From sequence record DRR723986_4811: 47,713 bases of DNA; one strand, written 5' to 3'. A program made the translations under genes and the position numbers. This document shows positions 10,919 to 19,814 of this stretch, piece by piece; position 1 is the stretch's first letter; each line of letters opens with the position of its first letter. Under the pieces are notes generated by a model. It ran no database searches. It was not told the DNA's origin and saw only the letters and a program-made list of their open reading frames with translations.

Positions 10919-12111
10919 CAGCAAACTACGGCAGCTTCTTCAGCCGGTGCGCAGGCTGAAGAGTCGAAACCACAGCTGCCAAAACCAGAAGCCCAGCCAG
11001 TTTTGCTTTGAATGTATTCGTTGGCTTGTTCCCGGGCTTGATCCAGATAGGTTTGTACCTTTTCCTGAACCGCTTCAACTACCGCATCGACTGTGTAGTG
11101 TTCAGACGAGTATTCATGGTCGTTCATCTTGGTATTGCCCGCGTAGTCGTTGCCATCGGTGTATTCGGTGCAGTCGGGGTAGCCGGTTGGGCAGTCGTTG
11201 TCGCTCACTGGCGTGTCGCTGGGTTCAACGTTCATATAGACATGAGCGGTGTCGGTCAGGCAGCTTTCATCGCCCAGGGTGTAGCTGATGACATCTTCCC
11301 CGCAAAAACCCTCGTTCGGTGTGTAGTGCAATTTGCCATCCCTGATTTCAACCATGCCATTTTCGGCGCTGGCCTCGGTGATTTTCAAATCACCGCAGCC
11401 TAGGTCGTTTTTCAGAACGTCCACAATTACCGGGCAATCCACCTTCGTGCTGGCGCAGTCATTAACCGCGTCAACCTCCGGGCAATCAGGATCTGTTTTG
11501 CACTCAGGCTCGGGTGTACATTCAGGTTCTGGCTCGCAGTCCTCCTGTTCGTCCACTGGGGGGCAGGTGGGTGGCGTAGGGCATTCGCAGTCCTCTTCCT
11601 CATCCACAGGTGGGTCTACGGGTGGGGGTTCTTCATTTTCATCGACGGGCGTGGGTGGTGGTGTGTCCTTGCATTCCACGCTGGCTGGGCCTTCTTTTTC
11701 AACCACGCGAACTGTGTTGATACCATTTTCGCCAACCTCACTGTCCATGCTGGGCAGCGGGTCTTGATTAACCCGTTCCACCACATATCCTTCACTCAGT
11801 TTGGGAAGATCCTCGGGTACATCGTTGTCCTGAGCACCCACGGTGATGTATTTGCGGATGACATCCTTCTCGGGTGGCGTGCCTGCGTCAAAGGGAACAA
11901 TCTCGCCGGTTTTTGGCTTGATCAGCCATTCCGTGGGTCCTTCAAGGGGACGAACCATTTCAGGTGCAGTAATTTGCCCGTCTGTAAAGGGTCCCAGTTG
12001 AACGACCACCTCGGTTTGCGGTTTGCGCTTTAAGGCCGGGCGCGGTTTTCTGGCCAAGCCAAGGGTACTGGGGTCGCATTCTTGGGCATTTACAACGGGC
12101 TTCTCGCTCAT
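10918..12111 (-). CDS. Acidic Cys/Pro-rich protein with one cadherin/Big_9-like Ig domain; putative T1SS cargo
   Basis: 397 aa from the ATG at 12111 (GAGGA SD). Ig-type pattern AVND...VIVDVLKND...NGMVEIRDGKLHYTPNEGFCGEDVISYTLGD. No signal peptide; lies between the HlyD and TolC genes. Confidence 0.75.
   Translation of the reverse strand: MSEKPVVNAQECDPSTLGLARKPRPALKRKPQTEVVVQLGPFTDGQITAPEMVRPLEGPTEWLIKPKTGEIVPFDAGTPPEKDVIRKYITVGAQDNDVPEDLPKLSEGYVVERVNQDPLPSMDSEVGENGINTVRVVEKEGPASVECKDTPPPTPVDENEEPPPVDPPVDEEEDCECPTPPTCPPVDEQEDCEPEPECTPEPECKTDPDCPEVDAVNDCASTKVDCPVIVDVLKNDLGCGDLKITEASAENGMVEIRDGKLHYTPNEGFCGEDVISYTLGDESCLTDTAHVYMNVEPSDTPVSDNDCPTGYPDCTEYTDGNDYAGNTKMNDHEYSSEHYTVDAVVEAVQEKVQTYLDQAREQANEYIQSKTGWASGFGSCGFDSSACAPAEEAAVVC
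11480..11673 (-). repeat. Degenerate intragenic peptide repeats (PVDENEE / PPVDEEEDCE / PPVDEQEDCE; PEPECT / PEPECK)
   Basis: Read directly from the translation of the 10918..12111 ORF; coordinates approximate. Confidence 0.75.
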
Positions 12112-12250
12112 GGGGGTCCTCGGGTTCGATGTCATTGATAAGTGATCGAGTCGCGAGTTTGGTTCCAAATCAACTGTGTGCCAAACAGGTGATTGGGTCA
12201 GGATGAGTGAGAGTTAACTCTATGGAGTTATTGGGATGACTGGTGTTGAT

Positions 12251-13609
12251 TTACTGTTCAGTAAATGCCTGAATTGAGCCGCGTATGACAGGTTTGGTGA
12301 GATAGGACAATACCGTTCGATCTTCAGTTTCAATGCTGACATTGGCGACCATGCCAGGCATCAGACGAATTTTTTCATGTACTTTCAGGCGCGGCACTGT
12401 CACTTTCACACTGAAGTAAGGTCGGCCGAATTCATCGAGCAAACTGTCCGCAGAAATACTTTCTACAGTACCTTCAAGTGCGCCGTAAATGGAATAGTCA
12501 TAGGCTGTGACTCGAATGTTGGCGCTTTGTTCAGGTCGAATGAATGCGATGTCTTTTGGGTTGATTCGTGTCTCGAAAACCAGCTGTTCATCAATTGGCA
12601 CAATTTCGATCACCTCTTTTCCCGCAGGCACAACGGCACCCCGGGTGTTGTACAAAATACGTTGTACAAGGCCGTCCACCGGGGTTTTTAAGGTGGCCTG
12701 GTTCACCCTGTCGTTCAGTTCGATCTGGTTTTGCTCAAGGCTGGCCAAGCGTGCCTTGACTTCCGAGAGCTCGGTGCGTGCTTCGTTGATTTGCTTTAAT
12801 CGAATTTCTTCAATTTTCTGGCGAGCCTCACGAATGGCAGAGTACAGTCGGTTGGTTTGTGCATTGGCACCTTCATAGTCGCCTTTGGCCTTGGCTACAT
12901 CGCGTTCAAGTCGCAGTACTTCAACCGGGGATACAGCGCCGCTTTTTAGCAGTGGCCGCATGCTGCTCAATTCTTGTTCCGATATTTCCAGATTCCGTTT
13001 GGCTGCGGTGGCGTTGCTTTGTGCTTCGTCGAGTTCGCGTTGCCGTTGGTCAAGCTGCTGTTCATAAATTTGCGTTTGTGCGGCCCATTCTTGCAGTTTG
13101 GTTTGTAGCAACTTGGATTCTTGCAGGTACAAATCGGGGTACTGCTGAATGAGTGGGGCAGGCAGGTTTAGCGTTGTGTTGTTAAGTTGTGCCATTAACC
13201 GGGCTTCTCGAAATTGAAACGAGGCGTCGATCGCTTCCTTTTCCTTGAGGCTTGATGAAAAACGCGTGATGTCAATTTGAACCAGTTTGTCACCAGCCTT
13301 CACCAGCTGACCTTCGCGGACAAACACCTGGTTGATCACGCCGCCGTCTACGGCTTGAATGACCTGTAATCGCTGCGAGGGAACCACACGTGCCTCGCCA
13401 TGTGCAGCCTGGGGCACTGTTGCAATTGCAGACCACGCCAGCAGGGCCAGCAAGGTGAGGGCGCAGCCATGTACCAGGCGTTTGGTGAGCACTTGTTGTT
13501 CATGCCACAGCCTTGACTGGTCCAGCCCTGCAGTAGCCGGCATGTGATGTTCTTCATTCCGCCCGACAAGCCAGTCGACAATTCGCTGTGCGTGATGTTG
13601 AGTTTTCAT
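12251..13609 (-). CDS. HlyD-family T1SS periplasmic adaptor (LapC-like)
   Basis: Single TM, VIQAVDGGVI, long coiled coil, TPVDGLV, PKDIAFIRPEQ, TAYDYSIYGALEG, LMPGM and TVLSYLTKP. Confidence 0.95.
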   Translation of the reverse strand: MKTQHHAQRIVDWLVGRNEEHHMPATAGLDQSRLWHEQQVLTKRLVHGCALTLLALLAWSAIATVPQAAHGEARVVPSQRLQVIQAVDGGVINQVFVREGQLVKAGDKLVQIDITRFSSSLKEKEAIDASFQFREARLMAQLNNTTLNLPAPLIQQYPDLYLQESKLLQTKLQEWAAQTQIYEQQLDQRQRELDEAQSNATAAKRNLEISEQELSSMRPLLKSGAVSPVEVLRLERDVAKAKGDYEGANAQTNRLYSAIREARQKIEEIRLKQINEARTELSEVKARLASLEQNQIELNDRVNQATLKTPVDGLVQRILYNTRGAVVPAGKEVIEIVPIDEQLVFETRINPKDIAFIRPEQSANIRVTAYDYSIYGALEGTVESISADSLLDEFGRPYFSVKVTVPRLKVHEKIRLMPGMVANVSIETEDRTVLSYLTKPVIRGSIQAFTEQ

Positions 13610-13612
13610 GGT

Positions 13613-15736
13613 TCAACCTGCATTTTTTTGTTTGTGTTGTGTGGCAAGTGCATTGGCTGCGTGCAGTACTTCAGGCTTGTTGCCCTGCGCGTGAATTTGC
13701 CCCTTGTGCATCAGTGCAAGGCTGCTTGCACAAGCCAATAGCCCAAGCTTGTGGGTGGTGAACACCAAAATGCTGTGTTCTGGCAGCTGCTGCAAATGTT
13801 GCATCAGCTGGCTCTCCATGTGTTGATCAAGGCACACGGTGGGTTCGTCCAGAAGCACCAATTGGGGTTGGCCCGCCAGCGCTCTGCACAGCGATACAGC
13901 CTGCTTTTGCCCTGAAGACAAGTTGTTGCCCTGGCTGTCAATTGCCATGTGAATGCCGTCCGGGTGTTGATCTACCCATTCTTTGAGCCCAAGTTGCTGC
14001 AGAATTTTCCAGCAGTTCTCAGTACTGATGTGCGGGCGCATGAAGCGAATGTTGTCGAGCAAACTGCCCTTGATCAGCACTGGGGGTTGGCTTGCATAAC
14101 CCACTTTGGATTGAAATTCACTGCTGTGAAAATGTGCAATCGAAAGCTTGTTGACCGCCAGTTGGCCGTGATCGCATTTCAGTTGTTGGGCCAGCAGTTT
14201 GAGCAGGGAGGTTTTTCCAGAGCCTGTTGTACCGATGATTCCAAGCCGGTTTCCCGCGTGCAGTTGCAGGTTCACGGTGCGCAGTATGAAGTCAAAAGGT
14301 TGAGCAGTTTCACGGTTGCGGCCCGGTTTCAAAACGCTTGCAAATTCAAGGGCCATGGTGTCGATGCGTTCAAGTGCGGCGCGTTGCTCAGTGGTTTGGG
14401 TTTGTTGCGCTAAAAACCGGTCCAGTTCTTCGAAGCTGGCCTGGGCCGAATGGGTTTGTACCAGGTAGGCCTGTAATTTCTGGATGGGTGCAAAGCAGCG
14501 CATGGTGAGCATGGAGACTGCGATCAAGCCACCCACGGTGAGTTGTTTTTCAACAATGAAATAAACACCCAGCGCGATGGTCAGTACCCAACTGCTTTGT
14601 TGCAACAGGTGTATTCGTTGATTGATTAAAAACATTTGATCGCGAACTGCATTGCCGCTTAGCCGCGATTTAAGCTGAAGTTTGTTCAACAGTTTGCTGT
14701 GTGCTTGTTGAACGCCGTGTGCCTGAATGTTGTCCAGACAGGCCAGCGAGTCTAGCCATTGGCTTTGGGTTTCGCGGCTTTGCCGCATTTGTGTTTGCCC
14801 GAGCCGGGAAATTGTTCGGTGAGATGTGGCGATGAACAGCAAGGTGAGTCCAATTACTCCGCCCGAGATCAACAGGAAAAGGGGATGAATCAGGGCAATT
14901 ACCGCCAGAAAAAGCAGCAGAAACGGCAGGTCAATCAGCGCAAGCAGAAACACGCCTGTAACCAATTCACGCAGTTGCTCGAACGAACGAAGGTGCTGCA
15001 AAAGCAGGGTTGGTTCGGTTTTGTGGATGGGCACATTCAAGAGTGATTTTGACAGGTGCATGGTGCAGCGGGTGTCGATGGAGGTTGCCGCAATTTCCAT
15101 CAAGCGATGGCGCGCATGCTTTAAAGAATGCTCAAAACCCAGGCAAAGAAATACACCGAACAGCAATGCAATCATTGATGCATAGGCTTGGTTGGGAATG
15201 ATGCGGTCATACACCTGTAGCGAGAACAGCGGGCCTGCCAGGGCCAGCAAGTTGATCAACAGAGAGGCATAGATCACCGGCTTGAAGCTTCCATTCTCAA
15301 AATCGAGTGCTTCTCGCAACCATTGGCTATCACGAAGCTGTTGCCAAAACTCAAGCAGGCTTGCCGGCGCTGGTTCGCTTCGGGTGCCTACAGTGGTTTG
15401 GGGGGCTTCAATTTGCAGGGCCCATTTCAAGGACGCTGGTGGGGAATTCGATGCAATCAGTTCTTCAAGCAAGTCACACTGGCCGTTGTGCAACATGGCC
15501 AGCGTGTGTGGACCAAGGTGTTTTATTTCACTGGTGGACACATTTTGAAACAGCTGCCGAGAAATATTGCAGGCTGATAGATAAGCCAACAATTGATTCA
15601 GTTCGGGGTCGTTTCCTGTCTCAGCCAAATTGGCTTGCAATGCCCATTGGCTGGGTAAAAACTCCAGCCCCATTTTCTCAAGTACGCTGCGCAGGGCGTG
15701 CTGTGATGGTCTGATGGGGCGGGGATCTTGGAGCAT
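13613..15736 (-). CDS. T1SS ABC transporter permease/ATPase (LapB/LssB-like) with degenerate N-terminal domain
   Basis: ASLLINLLALAGPLFSLQVYDRIIP, LIDLPF, LTVGGLIA; Walker A GTTGSGKT, signature LSSGQKQ, Walker B LVLLDEPT, H-loop TTHK. Confidence 0.93.
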   Translation of the reverse strand: MLQDPRPIRPSQHALRSVLEKMGLEFLPSQWALQANLAETGNDPELNQLLAYLSACNISRQLFQNVSTSEIKHLGPHTLAMLHNGQCDLLEELIASNSPPASLKWALQIEAPQTTVGTRSEPAPASLLEFWQQLRDSQWLREALDFENGSFKPVIYASLLINLLALAGPLFSLQVYDRIIPNQAYASMIALLFGVFLCLGFEHSLKHARHRLMEIAATSIDTRCTMHLSKSLLNVPIHKTEPTLLLQHLRSFEQLRELVTGVFLLALIDLPFLLLFLAVIALIHPLFLLISGGVIGLTLLFIATSHRTISRLGQTQMRQSRETQSQWLDSLACLDNIQAHGVQQAHSKLLNKLQLKSRLSGNAVRDQMFLINQRIHLLQQSSWVLTIALGVYFIVEKQLTVGGLIAVSMLTMRCFAPIQKLQAYLVQTHSAQASFEELDRFLAQQTQTTEQRAALERIDTMALEFASVLKPGRNRETAQPFDFILRTVNLQLHAGNRLGIIGTTGSGKTSLLKLLAQQLKCDHGQLAVNKLSIAHFHSSEFQSKVGYASQPPVLIKGSLLDNIRFMRPHISTENCWKILQQLGLKEWVDQHPDGIHMAIDSQGNNLSSGQKQAVSLCRALAGQPQLVLLDEPTVCLDQHMESQLMQHLQQLPEHSILVFTTHKLGLLACASSLALMHKGQIHAQGNKPEVLHAANALATQHKQKNAG

Positions 15737-15737
15737 G

Positions 15738-15835
15738 TCAGGGGCCGAAATTCAAGTGCGCCCATGGTAGCGCTTGAGTTTCGCCCTGAAAATCACTCAC
15801 TTGGTTCACTCCCCTGAGTGGGGTGTGTGATTTTC
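15738..15835. other. Two abutting long imperfect inverted repeats filling the moeA-T1SS spacer
   Basis: TCAGGG-GC-CGAAA-TTCAAG...CTTGAG-TTTCG-CCCTGA (15738-15789) and GAAAATCAC...CACTC-CCCT-GAGTG...GTGATTTTC (15788-15835). Confidence 0.7.
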
Positions 15836-15836
15836 G

Positions 15837-17081
15837 TCAGATCAAGCCTTCAAAGGGCAGTGCCAGCACGGTATCACCGGCTTTCAGGTCGCCTTGTTCG
15901 TGTTCAAGTACCAGCAAACCATCTGACTCCGACATGCTGCGCAAAATTCCTGATCCTTGTGAACCCGTGAGGTGGGCAACCAGAACACCATCTTCCATGA
16001 CCAGACGAGCGCGCTGATACTCAGTCCGTCCTGGGCGCTTGCGAACGTTTTGGACGAGCTTCGCGGTCAGCATGGGAATTGGCAAGGGGTTGGCATTGGC
16101 CAGCTTGAAGAGGGCGTCGCGTACAAATGCATAAAAAGTCACCATGACTGCGACCGGGTTGCCAGGCAAGCCGAACAAGTAGGCGGAGTCGCCATTGGCT
16201 TTGTTGTGAATTTGACCAAAAGCCATTGGGCGACCTGGGCGCATGGCAATTTTCCAGAAATTCACGCTGCCCAGTTTTTCCATGACGTGCTTGGTGTAGT
16301 CCGCTTCACCCACAGAAACACCGCCCGAAGTCACGATTACATCGGCTTGTTCCATGGCCTGCAACATGGCTTGTTCAAGGGCTTCCGGGGAGTCGTGTAC
16401 CACACCCATATCCAGCAATTCAATGAATCGCAGTCGGGTCAGCATGCCGTACAGTGTGTAGCGGTTGCTGTCATACACGCAGCCTTCATCCAGTGGCTGG
16501 CCAAGGGATCGCAATTCGTCGCCAGTGGAGAAAAAAGCAACCCGCAATTTTCGGCGCACTGAAATTTCCGCAATGCCCAAAGAGGCCAGCAAACCCAAGT
16601 CGGCAGGCCGAAGCACTTTGCCTGCGGGCAGGGCGGGTTTGCCAATCGTCAGGTCTTCACCGGCAAGCCTGCGGTTGTCGCCAGCTTTGACTGCCCCCGG
16701 CGGGAAACTGATGTAGTCACCATTCACAGTGGCATTTTCCTGCACCAACACGGTGTCGCAGTTCTGGGGCATCACCGCACCAGTCATAATGCGTACACAT
16801 TCACCAGGGGCGCAACTGCCATTGAACGCCTTACCCGCGTAAGCGGTACCAATCATTTTCAGTTCGGTAATCTCGGCGTTTTGTATGCAGTTGCCGTTGA
16901 AGGCGTAGCCATCCATCGCAGAGTTGTCGTGTGCGGGCACATTGATGGGGGACAACAAATCGGCAGCCAACACTTGGTCCAGCGCTTCGCGAATGGCGAC
17001 GGTTCGGGTGCCTGTGATCGGCTTGAGAAGCGACAGAATTTTGATTCTTGCTTCTTCAACAGTTTGAAAATCAGTTTCCAT
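15837..17081 (-). CDS. moeA: Molybdopterin molybdotransferase
   Basis: NSAMDGYA, RIMTGA, FSTGDEL, DSNR, TSGGVSVGEAD, GLPGNPVA and GSQGSG motifs. Confidence 0.97.
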   Translation of the reverse strand: METDFQTVEEARIKILSLLKPITGTRTVAIREALDQVLAADLLSPINVPAHDNSAMDGYAFNGNCIQNAEITELKMIGTAYAGKAFNGSCAPGECVRIMTGAVMPQNCDTVLVQENATVNGDYISFPPGAVKAGDNRRLAGEDLTIGKPALPAGKVLRPADLGLLASLGIAEISVRRKLRVAFFSTGDELRSLGQPLDEGCVYDSNRYTLYGMLTRLRFIELLDMGVVHDSPEALEQAMLQAMEQADVIVTSGGVSVGEADYTKHVMEKLGSVNFWKIAMRPGRPMAFGQIHNKANGDSAYLFGLPGNPVAVMVTFYAFVRDALFKLANANPLPIPMLTAKLVQNVRKRPGRTEYQRARLVMEDGVLVAHLTGSQGSGILRSMSESDGLLVLEHEQGDLKAGDTVLALPFEGLI

Positions 17082-17096
17082 GCTTTGCCTTGCTAC

Positions 17097-17690
17097 TCAG
17101 GATTTTTGTTCGAGTTCTTTGAGTTCTTCGAGGGTGTTGACATTGTGAAAGGCTGCCTCATCGTCAAATTCAACCGCTTCATGTGGAATGTTGGCGTACC
17201 AGGCATCAATTTTTCGACCACCCTTGCGCAAAAATTCCTCCATGTTGTGCAACAGTTCGGTGCGCATCATGCAAAACACGGGATGGTGGCGGCCCTTTGT
17301 TGAAGCCACTGTCAGCATCAATCCCACGTTTTTCTCAAATGGTGCACTTAGTTTCTCAACCAGATTCAAAGGGAACATGGGCACATCGCAAGGCACGGTG
17401 ACCAGGAAGGGCACCGTGGCATAGCTAAGTGCGGTTTGCATACCTGCAAGTGGGCCAGCAAAATCAGGTTGCTGATCGCAAATGACTGGTATACCAAACC
17501 CCTCATAGACACCAATGTTCCGGTTTGCATTGATTGTCATGCTGCCTACCTGTCCGCTTAATCGCATCATGGCATGCAATGCAAGCGGGGCATTCTTGAA
17601 ATTACGAAGACCTTTGTCAACGCCGCCCATGCGGCGACCCATGCCACCGGCGAGAATTACGCCAGTGATGTCATCCAGTGAAATGCTCAT
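17097..17690 (-). CDS. mobA: Molybdenum cofactor guanylyltransferase
   Basis: ILAGGMGRRMGGVDKG, INANRN, GPLAG, VPCDVP and FHNVNT motifs. Confidence 0.96.
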   Translation of the reverse strand: MSISLDDITGVILAGGMGRRMGGVDKGLRNFKNAPLALHAMMRLSGQVGSMTINANRNIGVYEGFGIPVICDQQPDFAGPLAGMQTALSYATVPFLVTVPCDVPMFPLNLVEKLSAPFEKNVGLMLTVASTKGRHHPVFCMMRTELLHNMEEFLRKGGRKIDAWYANIPHEAVEFDDEAAFHNVNTLEELKELEQKS

Positions 17691-18568
17691 GCCAATTGTG
17701 TATCAGTTAAGGTGTTGAATCGATGTGTGCCCGTGTAAAGCAAATAGTGTTTGCCTTGGCAGCGGCCCAGCATGGTTATATTTAATTTTTGAGCTATTTC
17801 ATAGCCCATTTGTGTGAGGCCCGAGCGAGAGACAAGTACGGGAATACCCATTTGTGCGCACTTGATTACCATCTCGGAGGTTAATCTGCCGGTGGTGTAA
17901 AAAATTTTGTCCTCGCCAGTCATTCCATGCAGCCACATTTGACCTGCAATCGCATCGACTGCGTTGTGTCGCCCCACGTCTTCGACAAAAAGCAGAATTT
18001 CGCCGCGGTTTTCGCCACTGTTGGAACATAGCGCGCAACCGTGCACGGCGCCAGCCTGTTTGTAAATTGATTCGTGTTTGCGTACATGGTCCATCACGCC
18101 ATACAAAACGTCTTGTGAGAGGCTGTAGGCGTTGCTGAGCTGCACCTTGTCAAGGTCTTCCATCAAGTCGCCAAACACGGTTCCTTGTCCGCAACCCGAT
18201 GTGGTTGTCTTCTTCTCTAACTTCTGCGCTTTTTCGGTGGTTTCCCAAATGGTTTGACCTGTATTTTTTAATACTGTTGAGGTGACAGCAACGCTCTCTG
18301 TTTCCCAGTCCACGTGAATTGCTGCGATTTCCGCGGGGTCGGACACCAGCCGTTGGTTGCGCAACCAACCCAGCGCTAAGGCCTCAGGTTGAGCACCCAA
18401 GGTCATGATGGTGAGTAATTCTTTTTTGTCGAAGTAGAGTGTGAGAGGGTGTTCACCAGAAATTTGAACGGGTATTTGCTCGCCACGTTCATTGATAGCC
18501 GTAATTTCAACGGTACTCGGTATGCTTGCATGAGTAGTATGTATGTGTGCTGCCATAACTTGTATCAC
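17687..18568 (-). CDS. fdhD: Formate dehydrogenase accessory sulfurtransferase
   Basis: EHPLTLY, TSGCGQG, GAVHGCAL, EDVGRHNAVD and TTGRLTSEMVIK. Likely start is the GTG at 18568 (GAGG SD) or the ATG at 18556. Confidence 0.93.
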   Translation of the reverse strand: MIQVMAAHIHTTHASIPSTVEITAINERGEQIPVQISGEHPLTLYFDKKELLTIMTLGAQPEALALGWLRNQRLVSDPAEIAAIHVDWETESVAVTSTVLKNTGQTIWETTEKAQKLEKKTTTSGCGQGTVFGDLMEDLDKVQLSNAYSLSQDVLYGVMDHVRKHESIYKQAGAVHGCALCSNSGENRGEILLFVEDVGRHNAVDAIAGQMWLHGMTGEDKIFYTTGRLTSEMVIKCAQMGIPVLVSRSGLTQMGYEIAQKLNITMLGRCQGKHYLLYTGTHRFNTLTDTQLA

Positions 18569-18575
18569 TGATTCC

Positions 18576-19694
18576 TCAGCCGCCGATATACGACATTTCA
18601 ATTCTATCTTTGGGCTGTGTGGTGTTTTCAGTCCGAATTTCGCTGTATCGGTCGGCCCGAACTGACCACAAATTTCTGATTGCGTGACTCAGTTGCTGTT
18701 TAATCGATTCGGGCTGGGTGTTCGAACGAATCAAGGGCTTTAAGTCGTGCCCCTTGCTTGCAAACAGACAGGTATAAAGCTTGCCTTCAGTGGACAAACG
18801 GATGCGGGTGCAGTCTTTGCAGAATGCTTGTGTTACCGATGAAATTACACCGATTTCACCTGTGCCATCGCTGTATTTCCAGCGTTCGGCCACTTCACCG
18901 GTGTAGTTGGCATCCAGCATTTGCAATTGCGACACCTGTTGGGAAATCATGTTGATGATGCGCGCCGATGGCACTACTTCGTCCATTTTCCAGCCATTGC
19001 TGCTGCCAACGTCCATATACTCAATAAACCGAAGGATATGGGGTGTGCCTTTAAAATGTCTGGCCATGGGTAGCACTTGCCCGTCATTCATGCCACCTTT
19101 CACAACCATGTTGACTTTGATCGGGCCCAGGCCAGCCTCATGGGCAGCCTCAATGCCGTCAAGTACTTCGTTGACCGAAAAATCTACATCGTTCATGGCT
19201 TTGAAAACGGCGTCGTCGATTGCATCCAAACTTACTGTGACGCGATTTAAACCTGCCTCTTTCAGAATTTTCGATTTTTTGCGAAGCAGTGTGCCATTTG
19301 TAGTGAGTGTAATTTCGACTGGTTTTCCGCCCGGTGTGCGCAGGCGTGCCAATTGTTCAATGAGAATCTCGATGTTTTTCCTGAGCAGGGGCTCTCCGCC
19401 CGTAAGGCGAATTTTTTCAACCCCAAGTGCTACGAATTCACGGGCAACCTGTTCGATTTCTTCAAAGCTGAGCAAGTCTTTGTGCGGCAAGAACTGGTAG
19501 TTTTTGTCGAAAATCGACTTGGGCATGCAGTACACGCAACGAAAGTTGCAGCGATCCGTGACAGAAATACGCAAGTCGTGAAGCCTGCGATTGAAATGAT
19601 CTTTTGCGGGTACTTCACTGTTTTGCGGCGCGCTGAAATTCAGGGGAATTACGCGCGAATTGTCCTGGACCAGTTGAATAACTCGGTCTGTCAT
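18576..19694 (-). CDS. moaA: GTP 3',8-cyclase (radical SAM)
   Basis: [36 protein letters not shown]...C and the C-terminal MSYIGG. Confidence 0.98.
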   Translation of the reverse strand: MTDRVIQLVQDNSRVIPLNFSAPQNSEVPAKDHFNRRLHDLRISVTDRCNFRCVYCMPKSIFDKNYQFLPHKDLLSFEEIEQVAREFVALGVEKIRLTGGEPLLRKNIEILIEQLARLRTPGGKPVEITLTTNGTLLRKKSKILKEAGLNRVTVSLDAIDDAVFKAMNDVDFSVNEVLDGIEAAHEAGLGPIKVNMVVKGGMNDGQVLPMARHFKGTPHILRFIEYMDVGSSNGWKMDEVVPSARIINMISQQVSQLQMLDANYTGEVAERWKYSDGTGEIGVISSVTQAFCKDCTRIRLSTEGKLYTCLFASKGHDLKPLIRSNTQPESIKQQLSHAIRNLWSVRADRYSEIRTENTTQPKDRIEMSYIGG

Positions 19695-19814
19695 CGTTCA
19701 ATCCCTCGCCCCATGGGGCAAACTCCTATTGTGATACTTGTGGTGTATCTTCTAATCTGATAACCATGAATTGTGCCCGTACTGACGGGCACCGGCAACT
19801 CGCAGAGGTGTTTT

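Noticed and set aside
10918-12111. Cys-rich ORF as a RiPP/ranthipeptide precursor modified by the nearby radical SAM enzyme
   Set aside because: The radical SAM enzyme is a canonical MoaA, the ORF is large with an Ig domain, and the ABC lacks an evident active C39 peptidase.
12168-12185. Sigma-54-like TTGGCACACAGTTGAT (minus strand) upstream of the T1SS cargo
   Set aside because: Spacing is GG-N9-GA, not the required GG-N10-GC.
15738-15835. c-di-GMP-I riboswitch upstream of an adhesin-type T1SS
   Set aside because: The GGCAAA...GAAA...GACGCAAA arrangement is absent on the sense strand.
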